NCBI GenBank assembly: GCA_029269845.2
Contig: CP149973.1
Location: 1,920,001-1,952,000, forward strand
Source of the DNA: Opitutia bacterium KCR 482
Lineage (GTDB): Bacteria > Verrucomicrobiota > Verrucomicrobiia > Opitutales > Intestinicryptomonadaceae
Length of the DNA: 32,000 bases
Direction: 5' to 3'
Part shown: positions 30,972-32,000 of the stretch, piece after piece
How positions within the stretch are numbered: position 1 is the stretch's first letter
Layout: every line of letters begins with the position of its first letter
Made by a program: the position numbers and the translations under genes
The notes under the pieces: generated by a model
Told to the model about the DNA's origin: nothing
The model's input: only the letters and a program-made list of their open reading frames with translations
Database searches by the model: none

Positions 30972-32000
30972 ATGAACAGTCTTAACATTGGCAGCAGTGC
31001 GTTCTTCGACAGATTTTTCGGCGCGTGGTGGGGCGCGTTCATAGGCGACGCAATGGCGTTGCCCGTACACGGGTATTCCTCCGAACGCGCAATCGCCGCC
31101 GACTACGGCAAAATTGCCGACTATGTTCCGCCGCTCGATTTCCACCCCGAAAGCGTTTTGCACGCGCTTCCGATTCCCCAGCTTCCGCCGGAATTCGACT
31201 ACATCGGCAAGCGCCGCGCGTCGCTGTGGCGCAAGCGCGGCACGCACCCGCACATCGGAATGCGGGCGGGGGCGAGCACGCTTCCACTCGTGCTTGCGCT
31301 CCACTTGGGCGCGTCGATGGCGTCGGCGGGCGGCTTCGACATCGACGCGTGGCTTGAACGCTACGCTGCCGTGATGACTTCCGAAGACGGGCACGCCGAC
31401 ACATTCATTCCGTCGATTCACCGCAGGTATTTCGAAAATCTTGCCGCGGGGAAAAATCCCGAAACGAACGGCTGTCCCGACGCCCACATGAGCGACATCG
31501 CAATCTTCGCGCCGCTCCTGTTTTCGACGCTGAAAAATCCCGACAAGAGCAGCATGGACATCTTCCGCGCCCTCAAAAAATTCACGATAGGCGAGGGCGC
31601 GTCGTCGGGGGCGTTTTTCCTTTCCGAAATTTTGGCGAAAGTTTTGCGCGGCTCGTCGATAGAGGAGGCAATCTACAAAAACATGACGCCCGACCGCCAC
31701 GTCAGCCTTGCCTTCCCCTACCGCAGGTGGATTAAAAACCGCGACGACTACGACGCCATAAGGGCGACGGGCAGGTTCGCCGCGATAGAGGAGGCGATTC
31801 CCCTCACGCTTTACATCTCGCTGAAATACGGCACGGACGTGATAACCGCGACCGTCGTCAACGCGAATATCGGCGGAGAAACGACGGGGCGCGGCGCGTT
31901 AATCGGCATGCTCGCGGGGGCGCAGTGCGGGCTTTCGCACATTCCGCGCAACTACATCGACGCGCTCGAATACGCCTCCGAAATTCAGGCTGTGGGCGAG
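30972..32000 (+). CDS. ADP-ribosylglycohydrolase-family protein (partial, continues past the right edge)
   Basis: Absent from the ORF track (no stop in the window). ATG 30972 is preceded by AAAGGAAAGG. My translation is MNSLNIGSSAFFDRFFGAWWGAFIGDAMALPVHGY.......NANIGGETTGRGALIGMLAGAQCGLSHIPRNYIDAL, matching the N-terminal G.a.GDA.g.P and C-terminal N.GGDtD..gAi.G.l.GA..G...IP layout of PF03747. The listed minus ORF 30966..31700 is its antisense shadow. Confidence 0.7.
   Translation, partial: MNSLNIGSSAFFDRFFGAWWGAFIGDAMALPVHGYSSERAIAADYGKIADYVPPLDFHPESVLHALPIPQLPPEFDYIGKRRASLWRKRGTHPHIGMRAGASTLPLVLALHLGASMASAGGFDIDAWLERYAAVMTSEDGHADTFIPSIHRRYFENLAAGKNPETNGCPDAHMSDIAIFAPLLFSTLKNPDKSSMDIFRALKKFTIGEGASSGAFFLSEILAKVLRGSSIEEAIYKNMTPDRHVSLAFPYRRWIKNRDDYDAIRATGRFAAIEEAIPLTLYISLKYGTDVITATVVNANIGGETTGRGALIGMLAGAQCGLSHIPRNYIDALEYASEIQAVGE

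Overview
GC-rich bacterial chromosomal window. Gene content and a PVM-type microcompartment operon suggest a PVC-superphylum organism (Lentisphaerae, Verrucomicrobia or Planctomycetes); this is inference only.

Left to right:
- A minus-strand operon: hypothetical, def, coaE, then a low-complexity protein that runs off the left edge.
- A YidE/YbjL-family transporter, followed by two tandem ~150-nt structured repeats, two intrinsic terminators and a cluster of perfect hairpins.
- A well-promoted pair of secreted proteins: an Ala/Ser-rich helical protein and a Sel1-repeat protein.
- Split transhydrogenase pntAA-pntAB-pntB on the minus strand.
- An AT-rich island with two perfect 22-bp inverted repeats and a small LITAF-like zinc-ribbon membrane protein.
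- A glycan-related cluster: two tandem CE15-like esterases, a Tat-exported FAD oxidoreductase and an EEP lipoprotein.
- A stand-alone ArnA-decarboxylase-domain gene plus arnD.
- A 17-Cys metallothionein-like lipoprotein.
- A DnaQ-BRCT exonuclease, an initiator tRNA-fMet and a decayed ORF.
- An 11-gene bacterial microcompartment (BMC) operon: PduL, 3 BMC-H, acetate kinase, 3 BMC-P, acylating aldehyde dehydrogenase, an extended class II aldolase and an LDH/MDH-family dehydrogenase.
- A convergent wecE-like aminotransferase and a partial ADP-ribosylglycohydrolase-family gene.

I found no rRNA, CRISPR array, transposase or integrase.

Most noteworthy:
- The BMC operon, which is probably the known PVM type but has an MDH-type terminal dehydrogenase and a doubly extended aldolase.
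- The Cys-rich lipoprotein.
- The structured intergenic repeats after yidE.
- The AT-rich island.

All homology statements are by-eye motif recognition from memory. No searches were run.
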